Origin: an uncultured virus (IMG/VR IMGVR_UViG_3300021400_001516)
Taxonomy: Duplodnaviria; Heunggongvirae; Uroviricota; Caudoviricetes
Virus record (IMG/VR): IMGVR_UViG_3300021400_001516
Reading direction: 5' to 3' (one strand)
Length of the DNA stretch: 64,000 nt
Each line of letters begins with the position of its first letter. Within the stretch, counting starts at the first letter, position 1. The position numbers and the translations under genes were made by a program. The notes below the pieces were generated by a model, which saw nothing but the letters and a program-made list of their open reading frames with translations, searched no databases and was not told where the DNA came from. Positions 9,332 to 19,237 of this stretch are shown here, piece after piece.

Positions 9332-10431
9332 CCACTCTTTATGAATTAGAGGATGTAGTTCTATTACCGAGTCAACTTAATAATGGACATCCGGGAGATA
9401 AAATCGAGTTTAGAATAAAGGATATTGCAGATATAACAGGAATGGCAGTATCTCTTCCGATATTCACTGCCCCTATGGAATCCATAGTGAGAGGACTTAA
9501 TGTAGAAACTTTTGCAAGACAGGGAATTAAACCTGTGCTGCCTGGATCGGAAGCTATTGATATTAGAATGAAGTGGTGTGAGTTCGTCTTTTGTGCTTTC
9601 TCTTTACAGGAAGTTCATGAGATATTTCTTCAACAAACTCCACTTCGTAGTCAGAATCAGTTTCATATTTGTATTGATGCAGGAAACGGCCATGATAAGG
9701 AGATATTCTCTACTGCTCAAGCTCTTAGGAGAACTTATGGAACACAGGTCCTCTTGATGGGAGGAAATGTAGGTCTTCCTGAGGTCTATAAAGATTATTC
9801 TCTTGCAGGATTTGATTACATGAGAGTTGGGATAGCAAGTTCTTCTCTGGCAGACGAGGATAAATATGGATTTCATTATCCTATGGCGTCTCTTCTCAGT
9901 GATATTAAGACTTTTCAGACTGGCGGCCCAGGCAAGGGGCTTAAGCCTGTAAAGATTATTGCTGATGGAGGTATTGCCAGTCATTCTGATATTGTCAAGG
10001 CTATAGCATGTGGAGCTGACTATGTTATGATAGGACGACAGTTTGCTCATACCGTAGAGGCAGCTGGAGAAATCTATAAAAGAGAACAAGGACAGCAAGA
10101 CGTTCAAATTAATCTCGGTTCAATTCAAGGATGGAATCGTGAACGTCTTATCACAGAGGGTTTAAATCTTTATCGTGGATATTATGGGAACACTACAGGA
10201 GAGATTCGAGCAAAACGTGGAGGATTCGGTAGTGTTTCTGAATGGGAAGCAAGTCAGACAGGAATACTAGTTTCAGATACTAGTAATAAACCAAACTGGA
10301 TCCTTGTAGACTGCTCTCTTGAAGAATGGATTGATGATTTTAAAGAATGTGTTTACTATGCTTTTATGATGACAGGATCTCTTGGTTGGAATGAATTTAA
10401 GAAAAATGTACGTTATAGCATTAGGGGGTAG
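9328..10431 (+). CDS. IMPDH/GMP-reductase-like TIM barrel, catalytic Cys motif absent
   Basis: DVVLLP, PIFTAPM, IDAGNGH, GGNV, IIADGGI, KAIACGADYVMIG; GIASSSLAD replaces GIGxGSxC. Confidence 0.8.
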   Translation: MTTLYELEDVVLLPSQLNNGHPGDKIEFRIKDIADITGMAVSLPIFTAPMESIVRGLNVETFARQGIKPVLPGSEAIDIRMKWCEFVFCAFSLQEVHEIFLQQTPLRSQNQFHICIDAGNGHDKEIFSTAQALRRTYGTQVLLMGGNVGLPEVYKDYSLAGFDYMRVGIASSSLADEDKYGFHYPMASLLSDIKTFQTGGPGKGLKPVKIIADGGIASHSDIVKAIACGADYVMIGRQFAHTVEAAGEIYKREQGQQDVQINLGSIQGWNRERLITEGLNLYRGYYGNTTGEIRAKRGGFGSVSEWEASQTGILVSDTSNKPNWILVDCSLEEWIDDFKECVYYAFMMTGSLGWNEFKKNVRYSIRG

Positions 10432-10482
10432 AAACCTTATATATGTGAAAGAGTCAATTAACATGTTTAATAATAAAACACT

Positions 10483-11661
10483 ATGATTAAAGAAATGGCT
10501 AAGACAAAATTTCACCGCGAACGTCGGACGCCGGCGTTCTTTAAAACATTCGCCCGTTTACTCGAGGAGTACAGAGTGGCGAACGAACAAGATTGGATCG
10601 ACAGTCCGATCCTGATGAAACTTTTCAATCAGGCATGTGCGGCTGTCGGCGGAGAACCTATTGTAGACAATGGGTTCGTTGAAAATGGCCGGGTCTGCCA
10701 AAACTTCTATGCAGCCCTGGCAATTACGAAAGAAAATCTCCGCATCTTAGGTGCGGACAGCTACCTACTGATTGAAGGGAACAGAAATGAGACCGGAGGG
10801 TTTAATTTTGTACTTGAATATGATAATTTCATCAAGTACATCGACTCTATCGGTGACACTGCCCTCAAAATAAAGGCAGCTAGGAAAGGTACTTCTTCTG
10901 GTAAGAAGAAGAAACCTTCAACGGCAAAAAAGGAACCGCAGGTAATAGCTCCTATTGTAGAGGAGAAACCCGTGGTAACTAAAAAGCGTGATCATGCTAA
11001 AAAGGATACTTCCTTTGATAAGAAGAGGGTTCCTATGAGGCGTGAGTTGCGAATGGCATTGTACGCCGGAGCTTTGGTTAACCATCTTGGTAATCAGGCC
11101 GATTACGGCGCAATCGCTAAAATTCTCGGTAACAACGATTACTGTTGTTTTAAGGAGTTTGATCGTCCCCGAGATGAACAACTTGCTTTCCAGTTTTGGA
11201 GCAAGGCACCAGGTTCGCTTGGTAATTATTTCAAGCTGGAAGGCGACATCGTAACCTTTCAGGAAGGCTGGGATTATCCTCGCCTTCTCGAAACTTACAT
11301 GTGTTGCACAGATCGAACAGAGGTATTTTGTGTACTTCCGATTTCGAAGGCTGCGCAAGAATTGTGCAAGTCAAAATACGTAAATGTCAACGGAAGCAAG
11401 GTATTCCCCGACAATGGAATCATTGCTCTGACACTCGTATTGCCCAACTATTTACCTAACACCCTTCGCGATGTTAGTAAGTACAGGGATGTCCTCAAGG
11501 ATGCAGTTTGCGTAAAGAACAAACTTAATTTCATCTTACCTGAGGATTATGATGATGAGATTGACGAAAAACAGTTGATTAATCTCTATCTTGGATTATC
11601 AACGAACATATCGGAGAGAACGTTAAACAATAAAATATTGTTTGACGCAATGTCGATGTAA
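10483..11661 (+). CDS. Hypothetical protein with Lys-rich linker
   Basis: ORF track; CTTATA 10436-10441; terminator ~11692-11726. Confidence 0.65.
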   Translation: MIKEMAKTKFHRERRTPAFFKTFARLLEEYRVANEQDWIDSPILMKLFNQACAAVGGEPIVDNGFVENGRVCQNFYAALAITKENLRILGADSYLLIEGNRNETGGFNFVLEYDNFIKYIDSIGDTALKIKAARKGTSSGKKKKPSTAKKEPQVIAPIVEEKPVVTKKRDHAKKDTSFDKKRVPMRRELRMALYAGALVNHLGNQADYGAIAKILGNNDYCCFKEFDRPRDEQLAFQFWSKAPGSLGNYFKLEGDIVTFQEGWDYPRLLETYMCCTDRTEVFCVLPISKAAQELCKSKYVNVNGSKVFPDNGIIALTLVLPNYLPNTLRDVSKYRDVLKDAVCVKNKLNFILPEDYDDEIDEKQLINLYLGLSTNISERTLNNKILFDAMSM

Positions 11662-11782
11662 TCGATGTAAGTCTTATCAGCACAGGGGATACTACCACCA
11701 ATCCCAATTGGTGGTAGTTTTCTTTTCCCCCAAAAACCTTATAGATGTAACTTAAATTAAAAACATTTTAAAGTAAAGAAAA

Positions 11783-11989
11783 ATGAGAAAGATCAAATTA
11801 CCGTGGCTCATAGCTGTTGTAATAGCTATAGCATTAGTATTAGTCGGAGCAAAGTGGCCCGATGAAGTAAATACCGCAAAGGACACGACGATCGCCGGCG
11901 CAAAGACTGCGTGGGATAAGATCGTACTTTGGATCAAGTACCTTACGGGAAAGATCAACAAGAAAACAGAAGAAATTACTGAAGAGTAA
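11783..11989 (+). CDS. Small membrane protein
   Basis: N-terminal TM; CTTATA 11738-11743. Confidence 0.6.
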   Translation: MRKIKLPWLIAVVIAIALVLVGAKWPDEVNTAKDTTIAGAKTAWDKIVLWIKYLTGKINKKTEEITEE

Positions 11990-12033
11990 CGAATATTTTA
12001 TTAACATTTATAAACTTTTTAATTCAATCTTAA

Positions 12034-12225
12034 ATGAATAAGACGTGGATTTGGATTGCACTTGCAGCAGTTGTAGGTGCAGTACTCGGCTGGTTTGGCC
12101 GGGGTTGCCGTAAAGGCAACGACAAGAAAGTCAAGGACGAAGTTAAGGAACTTGCTGAGGAGGCTAAGGAGGGAGTCGAGGAGACTGCCAAGAAGGCCGC
12201 CGACGCTGTAAAACCTGAGAAGTAA
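12034..12225 (+). CDS. Small TM plus charged helix protein (YtxH-like architecture)
   Basis: AAVVGAVLGWF then E/K-rich helix; terminator gtggaccc/gggtccac 12257-12283. Confidence 0.6.
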   Translation: MNKTWIWIALAAVVGAVLGWFGRGCRKGNDKKVKDEVKELAEEAKEGVEETAKKAADAVKPEK

Positions 12226-12333
12226 TTAATATACTTCAATCGTCTAGACGACTTCGTGGACCCCTGGGGTCCACTTTTTTTTTATCCCCTCGTTTCCTTA
12301 TAAGAGAAATTAAATATAAATAAAGATAGAAAT

Positions 12334-12492
12334 ATGAACAAAAATTGGTTTGAATTTTTTCAAGTAATTGAAGAAGGAATTAGAGGTACTCTTAAGGGTA
12401 TCAGTAAAGTATTCTTTGTCCTGGCGTGTGCAGGCTTGGCGCTGGGAAGTGTATTAGATCGCCTGAAAAAGAAGAAAAATAATAACAACTAA
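12334..12492 (+). CDS. 52-aa membrane peptide (not in ORF track)
   Basis: MNKNWFEFFQVIEEGIRGTLKGISKVFFVLACAGLALGSVLDRLKKKKNNNN; CTTATA 12297-12302. Confidence 0.6.
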   Translation: MNKNWFEFFQVIEEGIRGTLKGISKVFFVLACAGLALGSVLDRLKKKKNNNN

Positions 12493-12509
12493 TCTAAATC
12501 ATTGAAAAA

Positions 12510-12779
12510 ATGGATAAAATTTTAGCAATCCTTCAGAATTGGCTGAAGGGAATTTCGAAAGGAAATTCTGGTGAATCCGAAGTAGGTAAAACTATTAAAG
12601 CCCTTATTCGGGCAGTCTATTGGATTCTCGCCGCAGTAGGTCTCGGACAGGTCTGGTTATGGATCAAAGAGGGATCTTCTGATGATGACGACGACAGAAA
12701 AGATCGTCGTAGCGAACAAAATGGTCGTTCGGGTAGGTTTTCCCGTTTTGGCGGGAATAGGCCTCCTCGGCGAAATTAG
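12510..12779 (+). CDS. Small membrane protein with RG-rich tail
   Basis: ORF track; TM YWILAAVGLGQVWLWI. Confidence 0.6.
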   Translation: MDKILAILQNWLKGISKGNSGESEVGKTIKALIRAVYWILAAVGLGQVWLWIKEGSSDDDDDRKDRRSEQNGRSGRFSRFGGNRPPRRN

Positions 12780-12809
12780 TATATATAAACTTAAACACTA
12801 TGATTTAAC

Positions 12810-14006
12810 ATGAGTAAACCTTTAGATCATGGCGGATTATTGGTCGCAGCACTAATAGCCGCAGGAATTTTCTTAAAAAATTGCTTTAGTGCAAGAAGAA
12901 AATCCGAAGTTAACACCACCTCAGTGTCATTAACCAATAATGCTAAGGATGGTACTGGTTCTGAAAATTCACTGGAAGAAAGTGAAAAAGAGGACAAAGG
13001 GGAGACGGTAGTTATGGAAGAAAAAGAGCCCACTTTCATGGAAGAAGCAATTCTTCAGGCAATCGAAGAGGGAGTTGATCCTAACTATTTCCGTCCCTGC
13101 TTGGACGATGATGACAGAAGTCTGAGTCCAACTGTGAAGATTTCTCGTTTCTTTGATAGGAATACCCACAAGGAAGCAAGAAAAGTTGATATACTGTTCC
13201 CGATTCCGATCTCAATTGCAATGAGTAGTATGGATATGGGAAAGTATCAGTTTGTTACTGGGGATACTAAACTCCCTGGACCTTCGGCAAAGCAATTTAA
13301 CCAAAAACTTTTCTGGTCGGCATTTAACTTCAAAAATGGTTATGTGATCGACAAGATAATGAGGTTGTTGCCGTGTCTGGATGAGTCTTATATCGATACC
13401 GACATTGAAGGTCACTATTTTGTGAATTACTTTGTGTGGGATCGAGAATCATCTAGATATTTTTACCAACAGAAAATTATCTGTGGAGTAAATCATTGGA
13501 GGCGTCAAGAACTCGATAATGCTTGGGAAGGAAAGAGTAAATTCAACGAGCCGATCAAACAGTATCTTACTAAGGTATTTGAGAAGTTTGTTCTGGATAA
13601 GTCTTCCCTCACAAGTAATGTCATTAATCCTCTTTCCCTGGAAAGAGGAAGAAGGGTAGAAGACATTGACATTGACTACGTCATTCTTGATCATCGAGTA
13701 TCAATCGTTATTGCTGACGATGATCACCCGACTGGAATTACTCCGTATCAGCTGGCACTTCTGTTCAAGTATTTTGAATCAGATCTGGAAATCAGCGATG
13801 GATTACCGAATTCCAACAAGTTTGAGTATAAGAACCCAACTATTTACGACGAGGAAGCACTCTCTGCAGGACGTCTTGCAGTCTATTCAATAGATTCTGA
13901 GGATGAAAGTGAATGCCCTAGGATCAATCTTGAATGGATTGATGACGACTATGTAGAGGAAGAGGAGGAAAGGAAAAATTCCGAGTCTAAACCTGAAGAC
14001 AAGTAG
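12810..14006 (+). CDS. Membrane-anchored acidic hypothetical protein
   Basis: ORF track; N-terminal TM. Confidence 0.65.
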   Translation: MSKPLDHGGLLVAALIAAGIFLKNCFSARRKSEVNTTSVSLTNNAKDGTGSENSLEESEKEDKGETVVMEEKEPTFMEEAILQAIEEGVDPNYFRPCLDDDDRSLSPTVKISRFFDRNTHKEARKVDILFPIPISIAMSSMDMGKYQFVTGDTKLPGPSAKQFNQKLFWSAFNFKNGYVIDKIMRLLPCLDESYIDTDIEGHYFVNYFVWDRESSRYFYQQKIICGVNHWRRQELDNAWEGKSKFNEPIKQYLTKVFEKFVLDKSSLTSNVINPLSLERGRRVEDIDIDYVILDHRVSIVIADDDHPTGITPYQLALLFKYFESDLEISDGLPNSNKFEYKNPTIYDEEALSAGRLAVYSIDSEDESECPRINLEWIDDDYVEEEEERKNSESKPEDK

Positions 14007-14059
14007 TTGGAACAAAAAAGAAGAAAGTGAGTACCTATTTGGAGGTGCTCACCTTCTTT

Positions 14060-14257
14060 TTAAACTCTAACACGAAGAACTTTTTTACCAAGTCTTCCTT
14101 TATAGACGATTAAATCAAATTTTTCAAGATCACTCATTACAAAACCAACAGAACTAAGTTTTATATCTTCGAGTTTTATCTCTTTTTTTTCTTTTCCTTT
14201 CCTACACTCTAAGTCATCGTCATTAACTATTAATGTACTCAACATCCTTCTTTCCAT
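14060..14257 (-). CDS. Hypothetical protein
   Basis: ORF track. Confidence 0.5.
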   Translation of the reverse strand: MERRMLSTLIVNDDDLECRKGKEKKEIKLEDIKLSSVGFVMSDLEKFDLIVYKGRLGKKVLRVRV

Positions 14258-14882
14258 GTTCTTTTAAGTTTACTGTTTTTCCTTTCTCTAAGTTAACTCC
14301 TCTTTCTCCTGGGTTTTTTAAAGGAGCCTGTTCTCTGATTGTCTGTAAGAATTGAAAATTATCAAGAGGATATTTTCCTACTTTCCCTTGATCCATAAAA
14401 TTACGAATCTGAAGGGAGAGATAATATAAAGGATCGTTCTTAGCTCTATGTCTAATATTATCCCATAGTTTTCCTAAAACTTTTTCTATAGTTCCTGCTT
14501 CTGAACGGTATCTAAAATCTTTTTGCTCAAGAACAATAAGAATAATTTTTCGAGCTATTGTGATAACCGTATCTGCTCTTGACAGTCTTTTCTTTGTAAG
14601 TCTCTTGAATTCACCCACTAAGAGAGGTTTAAATAGGTATAAGATCTTGCAAAAAACCTCAGTATCTTGTATAGTTCTTCCGACATAAATTTTTTGAAAT
14701 GCCGTATTTAAATTATTAAGATATATTTTTACAATTCCTTTAAGTCTATTCTCCCTCTCTAAAAATTTCTCTAGTTCTACAATAAGAAAGTCTACCATAT
14801 TCAAAAGTCCTATTGAATATTGGTCGACTGGTACTTTTATAGAACTGTCAATACGTCTTTCTAGTTCTTCTACCTTTATCAT
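14223..14882 (-). CDS. Hypothetical protein
   Basis: ORF track; promoter motif at 14911-14916 (-). Confidence 0.6.
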   Translation of the reverse strand: MIKVEELERRIDSSIKVPVDQYSIGLLNMVDFLIVELEKFLERENRLKGIVKIYLNNLNTAFQKIYVGRTIQDTEVFCKILYLFKPLLVGEFKRLTKKRLSRADTVITIARKIILIVLEQKDFRYRSEAGTIEKVLGKLWDNIRHRAKNDPLYYLSLQIRNFMDQGKVGKYPLDNFQFLQTIREQAPLKNPGERGVNLEKGKTVNLKEHGKKDVEYINS

Positions 14883-14968
14883 AATTATATAAATTTATTA
14901 AAGTTCTTTATATAAGGAGAAAAATGGATCTCTTAAGAGTTCTTCTCCTTATAAATATATAATTTGAT

Positions 14969-15499
14969 GTGTATTATATGCATGAAGTTTTATTAAATTG
15001 GTTAGTTACAAAATCTCAAAGTTATAAAGAAACCGTAACGTTACATGATGAAATAGAATCTCTAGTAACAGAAGAACATGATAGTGGGTTTCCAGCTTTT
15101 ATTTCTCAAAATAAGGTTGAATTAGAATATCAAGATACTATCTGGCCTCTAAATTATAATCTTTTGTATGCTAAGGATGCGACATCGTATAGTTGGGCTA
15201 AACCTGCATTTCAACAATTAAGAGAGAGTACTCATTTGTTTGTAAATATCCCTTATCATACGTTATTTAGAATGGTAGGTATTAGAAGTAATGATATTCC
15301 TTATTCGATTAGGTGTTCTAAAGATATCCCATCTAAAAATAAACTTGAAAAACTTCTTGAGAAATATATTGATTCTATTAATAAAACAATGCAGGAAATA
15401 GAAATACTGGTAAAAAAATTAGGAAATTCTAAATATTCAAAAGAAGAAATAAGTAAAATAATTAATAAATATACTTTAGCTGATGAGGTTAAACTTTAA
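14969..15499 (+). CDS. Hypothetical protein (pair member A)
   Basis: ORF track; same length and similar C-terminus as 16157-16687. Confidence 0.6.
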   Translation: MYYMHEVLLNWLVTKSQSYKETVTLHDEIESLVTEEHDSGFPAFISQNKVELEYQDTIWPLNYNLLYAKDATSYSWAKPAFQQLRESTHLFVNIPYHTLFRMVGIRSNDIPYSIRCSKDIPSKNKLEKLLEKYIDSINKTMQEIEILVKKLGNSKYSKEEISKIINKYTLADEVKL

Positions 15500-16163
15500 A
15501 CATAGAAGATATATAGCAGGACAGTTTATAAAAGATCAACTTGATGGTGGAGGTTATGATGTATGGTCAGTAAGAAATTCTATTACTCGAAAATACTCAA
15601 AAGAAATTCGAGAGTTAATTCTTCAATGTATGGAACTCGTAAGAGGAGAGGGATTTGTTGAGTATTTTAAGAGAAATGAGGGAATGTTTAAACAGATGTG
15701 GAGCGGTACTTCCATAAGTCCTAACGCTATAGGAATTAAACTGGAGACTATAGTGGAATGTATAAAAGATAAGGTGAAGATTCCAAAACAAAGATACCCC
15801 GGATGGGAGCTTAGTACTTTGAATATTGGAAGATACATTCCCAATATTAACCTACAGGGTGCAGGGATAGTTCCGGATCTTTCTGAATTCTGTCATGATT
15901 ATGAAATGTATTTTCCTAAGTCAGTTCATAACAGTGAACCTTTTAGAGAAATTCAGAATACATATCTTAAGCTTTGTGTAGAGTACTGTAGTTCCCCTGC
16001 AGAATTAGTTGATTACTTCTGTGGGTCCGATTGGGATGAATTTAGACTAGACCTTAGAACATTCCTAATGCCTCAAGGGATTAAAACTACGGAGGATCTT
16101 AAGAGAGAATTTCCTAAGTACTACGAAATACTTGCTACTGATTTTAGGAGAGAGATATGCTAA
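15483..16163 (+). CDS. Hypothetical protein (pair member B)
   Basis: C-terminal FLMPQGIKTTEDLKREFPKYY shared with 16659-17327. Confidence 0.6.
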   Translation: MRLNFKHRRYIAGQFIKDQLDGGGYDVWSVRNSITRKYSKEIRELILQCMELVRGEGFVEYFKRNEGMFKQMWSGTSISPNAIGIKLETIVECIKDKVKIPKQRYPGWELSTLNIGRYIPNINLQGAGIVPDLSEFCHDYEMYFPKSVHNSEPFREIQNTYLKLCVEYCSSPAELVDYFCGSDWDEFRLDLRTFLMPQGIKTTEDLKREFPKYYEILATDFRREIC

Positions 16164-16687
16164 CGAACACTGATATTAATAATCTATTTAATTTTTATCT
16201 AGAGAATTACTGTCCAGAGGAATTAATTATATTATCAGAACTTCGTTGTGAACTCTTAGTAGAAATGGAGAAGGCATCAACTCTTCTAAAGGATACTGTT
16301 TTTAAAGATTTTTCAACTGAATCTTTATATAAACAACAAAGTCTTGATGTTGTAGAATTAATTAGAAAAAGACTTAATGATACTTTCCTCGTTGATGTCT
16401 ATCGCGGGTATTACTGTGATGGGACTCTTAGGGATCTCTTTAATATCATAATAAAATCAAGCTTAATACGTGTTATTGATGCAGATACCATGGAGGTGAC
16501 GGGAAAGAGGGATTCCTTACCTGAGTTGAATAATATCTGGTTTAGGTATTTAAGTTTCTCTTCTAATCTTATGATGGGAATGATAAATTTTCTTATTTGT
16601 CTGGAATCAAATAAAAATATATTTACTGAAGGAAAAGTAAAAGAAATAATAAAAAAATATGGACCTAACAGAAGATATAAGATATAA
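16157..16687 (+). CDS. Hypothetical protein (pair member A')
   Basis: ORF track; overlapping start/stop. Confidence 0.6.
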   Translation: MLTNTDINNLFNFYLENYCPEELIILSELRCELLVEMEKASTLLKDTVFKDFSTESLYKQQSLDVVELIRKRLNDTFLVDVYRGYYCDGTLRDLFNIIIKSSLIRVIDADTMEVTGKRDSLPELNNIWFRYLSFSSNLMMGMINFLICLESNKNIFTEGKVKEIIKKYGPNRRYKI

Positions 16688-17327
16688 ACTTTATCACCTA
16701 ATTAGAGGAAATATCACAGAAAGAAAAAAAAGTATAGTAGACCAGACTTCCCTTGAGATGAGAGACCTAGTAGCTGCATGGATTACTGGAAGACTCGATA
16801 AAAGTATTCTTAAGATTTCTAGATCTTCTTCTTATTCGGATCAGGTATATTACTTACAGAATTTTTCTTTTTCTAAAAAAGAGTTAGAGATTGAAGATAA
16901 TGAGATTTTTGATAAATATTATAAGATATCAAAACGGTGTTATTTTAACATAAGTGTTAATCTTTGCGATAAGAAAATTCCATATTTTCCTTGGATGAGG
17001 GATTTTAATAAATCTCCAAAAAAATTTATAAACTCTATCCAAGAAGAAATGATGTTCCGAGAGCTCCAAAACCTAGCCTTAAAGTGCTATTTTGAAGATT
17101 TTAAGTTAAAAGAATTTGATTATACCTATAGTGGAGAAGGTACTGGGTGGGGGTACGATCCAGCTTATTATTTCTTAAAGCCTCAGGGAATAGAAAGTAT
17201 TGAAGATTTACGAGATAAGTTTCCTGAGTGGTATGATAAGTTCTATATTCCCGAGTTTCTGATCAATAATTCGGAAAGACTAAGTACTGCAGGATGGGAA
17301 GGACTTATAAAAGTATTAAAAAAATAG
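16659..17327 (+). CDS. Hypothetical protein (pair member B')
   Basis: C-terminal FLKPQGIESIEDLRDKFPEWY. Confidence 0.6.
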   Translation: MDLTEDIRYKLYHLIRGNITERKKSIVDQTSLEMRDLVAAWITGRLDKSILKISRSSSYSDQVYYLQNFSFSKKELEIEDNEIFDKYYKISKRCYFNISVNLCDKKIPYFPWMRDFNKSPKKFINSIQEEMMFRELQNLALKCYFEDFKLKEFDYTYSGEGTGWGYDPAYYFLKPQGIESIEDLRDKFPEWYDKFYIPEFLINNSERLSTAGWEGLIKVLKK

Positions 17328-17365
17328 TAGAGAGAGATAGATTAATTTCTATCTCCCTCTTTTTT

Positions 17366-17983
17366 TTACAATCGGTAACCGCAATTACATGAATTTCCAT
17401 TTTTATTTCCACTTCTGTAATTTTGCGTAGTTCCTAGGTCATATACTCCATATTCTTCGTCTTCTGGATAGATTCCGCTACTCCAAGATTCCCAGTTTTT
17501 CCATGTTTCTCCTTCAGATCCACAGCAACATGGACAACCTTGAGACACAGTTTCCGTAAGAAGACTTGCATAAGTCAATTTCAATCGAGTTACTAGACAA
17601 CTAAGTATATTAGTCCACGAAAATATAAATCTGTCTGAATAGTAAGGGATATAATTTTCATCATCAGAATTATTCTCTGAGAGATCCATTCCAACTTCTT
17701 CAGCTAAGACATTTGATTCAAGTCCTACAATAAGATCTGCACCATAAGAGAAAATATCAAAAATCTCATTAAGTTTTTCAATGATATCTGCATCGTCTCC
17801 TAAAGCAATTAATCGTTTGTCTAGATATTCGAGTATTTCAGTTATGTATGGGGCTAATTCAGGTCTAACCTCATAATCTACTGCTCCAATTTTTAATCGT
17901 GTTTTTAAATTATCGAGGGAGACTTTATATCTTGTATAGCCCTCTTCAGCATTCCAAATCATATTACCACTCTCCTCCGTCAA
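17366..17983 (-). CDS. Hypothetical acidic protein with Cys clusters
   Basis: ORF track; GCPCCCG and CNCG. Confidence 0.6.
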   Translation of the reverse strand: MTEESGNMIWNAEEGYTRYKVSLDNLKTRLKIGAVDYEVRPELAPYITEILEYLDKRLIALGDDADIIEKLNEIFDIFSYGADLIVGLESNVLAEEVGMDLSENNSDDENYIPYYSDRFIFSWTNILSCLVTRLKLTYASLLTETVSQGCPCCCGSEGETWKNWESWSSGIYPEDEEYGVYDLGTTQNYRSGNKNGNSCNCGYRL

Positions 17984-18317
17984 TTATTCCACTACCTTCT
18001 GTTTCTTTCCAGCAATTTGTATCTAGCCAATTTTCTCCTACATACATATATTCTTTCCATCCAGTCGAGCTTAAAAATCTTAGTCTAATTCCCAATACTC
18101 TTCGTTTTTCTGGAACTTGTGGAAGAATTTGTTCAAGTGTATATATCCTATTCGGTTGATTATCTTCTACATTAGGATTAATATATTCCATTAGAAAATT
18201 ATTTGTAACTGCTGCATTATGATTAATAGTGGAATTTAAATTATTCATTGTTTGACTCCCAAGACTTTGACCAGGAGTAAAATATCCAATTCCCGTACCC
18301 TCTGTTAACTGTTTCAT
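17964..18317 (-). CDS. Protein with Bacteroidota-phage tail-fibre-associated-like domain
   Basis: YTLEQILPQVPEKRRVLGIRLRF...WKEYMY.G..W....W pattern, recalled from Bacteroides phage structural proteins. Confidence 0.45.
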   Translation of the reverse strand: MKQLTEGTGIGYFTPGQSLGSQTMNNLNSTINHNAAVTNNFLMEYINPNVEDNQPNRIYTLEQILPQVPEKRRVLGIRLRFLSSTGWKEYMYVGENWLDTNCWKETEGSGIIDGGEW

Positions 18318-18499
18318 TCTAGTATAATTTGATCTTTATCTAGTTTATATCCATCCAAACCACTTCCAGGCGCAACATTATATTGAGGTTTACGTGAGCG
18401 AGTCCATTCTAGAGCTCTCTGTCTTCTTTTAGGATATCCAGGCCTTCTATTAGATGGGGCCATTTGATCAACTCTTCTAACTACTCTTCCTTTAGCCAT
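18314..18499 (-). CDS. Small basic hypothetical protein
   Basis: ORF track; coupled overlaps. Confidence 0.55.
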   Translation of the reverse strand: MAKGRVVRRVDQMAPSNRRPGYPKRRQRALEWTRSRKPQYNVAPGSGLDGYKLDKDQIILE

Positions 18500-18779
18500 T
18501 ATTCTCTTCGTTTAATGATTCTATTTCAATATCCTTTAGGAGAAAAGTATTTTCAGGACATTCTGCTAAAGTAACTAAAGCATAACATTTACCGTCGAGT
18601 AGTATTCTAAATTTTACGTCTTGAATAGTATATAGGATATTTTTTCTACCTATCCATTGAGTTACTCCTGATATTTGTTTTACTCGTACTTTAGCACCGA
18701 GGAGTTGTGTATAATCTATTAGACCACTTGCTTCATCAAATTTGATTAGTCTTCTATTATCTTTACAAAATCCTTTCAT
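18492..18779 (-). CDS. Hypothetical protein
   Basis: ORF track; coupled overlaps. Confidence 0.55.
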   Translation of the reverse strand: MKGFCKDNRRLIKFDEASGLIDYTQLLGAKVRVKQISGVTQWIGRKNILYTIQDVKFRILLDGKCYALVTLAECPENTFLLKDIEIESLNEENNG

Positions 18780-19237
18780 TCTCCTTTAGCCAATTTATCT
18801 ACGTAGTTATTCCACTTAGCCTTAGGATCCATAACACTCTTACTTTGATGACCCTTAACCCAAAGAAATTTAATTTTTTTATCAAGTTTTTTCTTTTTTA
18901 TTTCTCCTTGGATTAAGTCATGGAGAATTTTAATATATGGTTTATTAATTTTCCACTTTCCATTGAGCCAACTACTTACTCCTTCATAGTCTGTATATAC
19001 ATTAATTTCAGTTGCTCCTTGAGGAATTTTAAATTTTCTAAGAGCTTGTAGTACTCCCATCATCTCTGTAGTAGGATTACTTACGTCAGATGTATGTATA
19101 ATTTCCTGAAGATATGCTGTAGTAAGCTCTAAGGAAAATTCATCTATTAATTTTCCATCTACTAATATAACTCCTCCACAACCAAGCCTCCCCTTTTGTT
19201 TAAAGTGAGATCCATCGGTATAAATATCTACTATCAT
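18776..19237 (-). CDS. rnhA: Ribonuclease HI
   Basis: IYTDGS, SNPTTEM, VYTDY, WVKGH, NNYVDKLAK. Confidence 0.92.
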   Translation of the reverse strand: MIVDIYTDGSHFKQKGRLGCGGVILVDGKLIDEFSLELTTAYLQEIIHTSDVSNPTTEMMGVLQALRKFKIPQGATEINVYTDYEGVSSWLNGKWKINKPYIKILHDLIQGEIKKKKLDKKIKFLWVKGHQSKSVMDPKAKWNNYVDKLAKGE

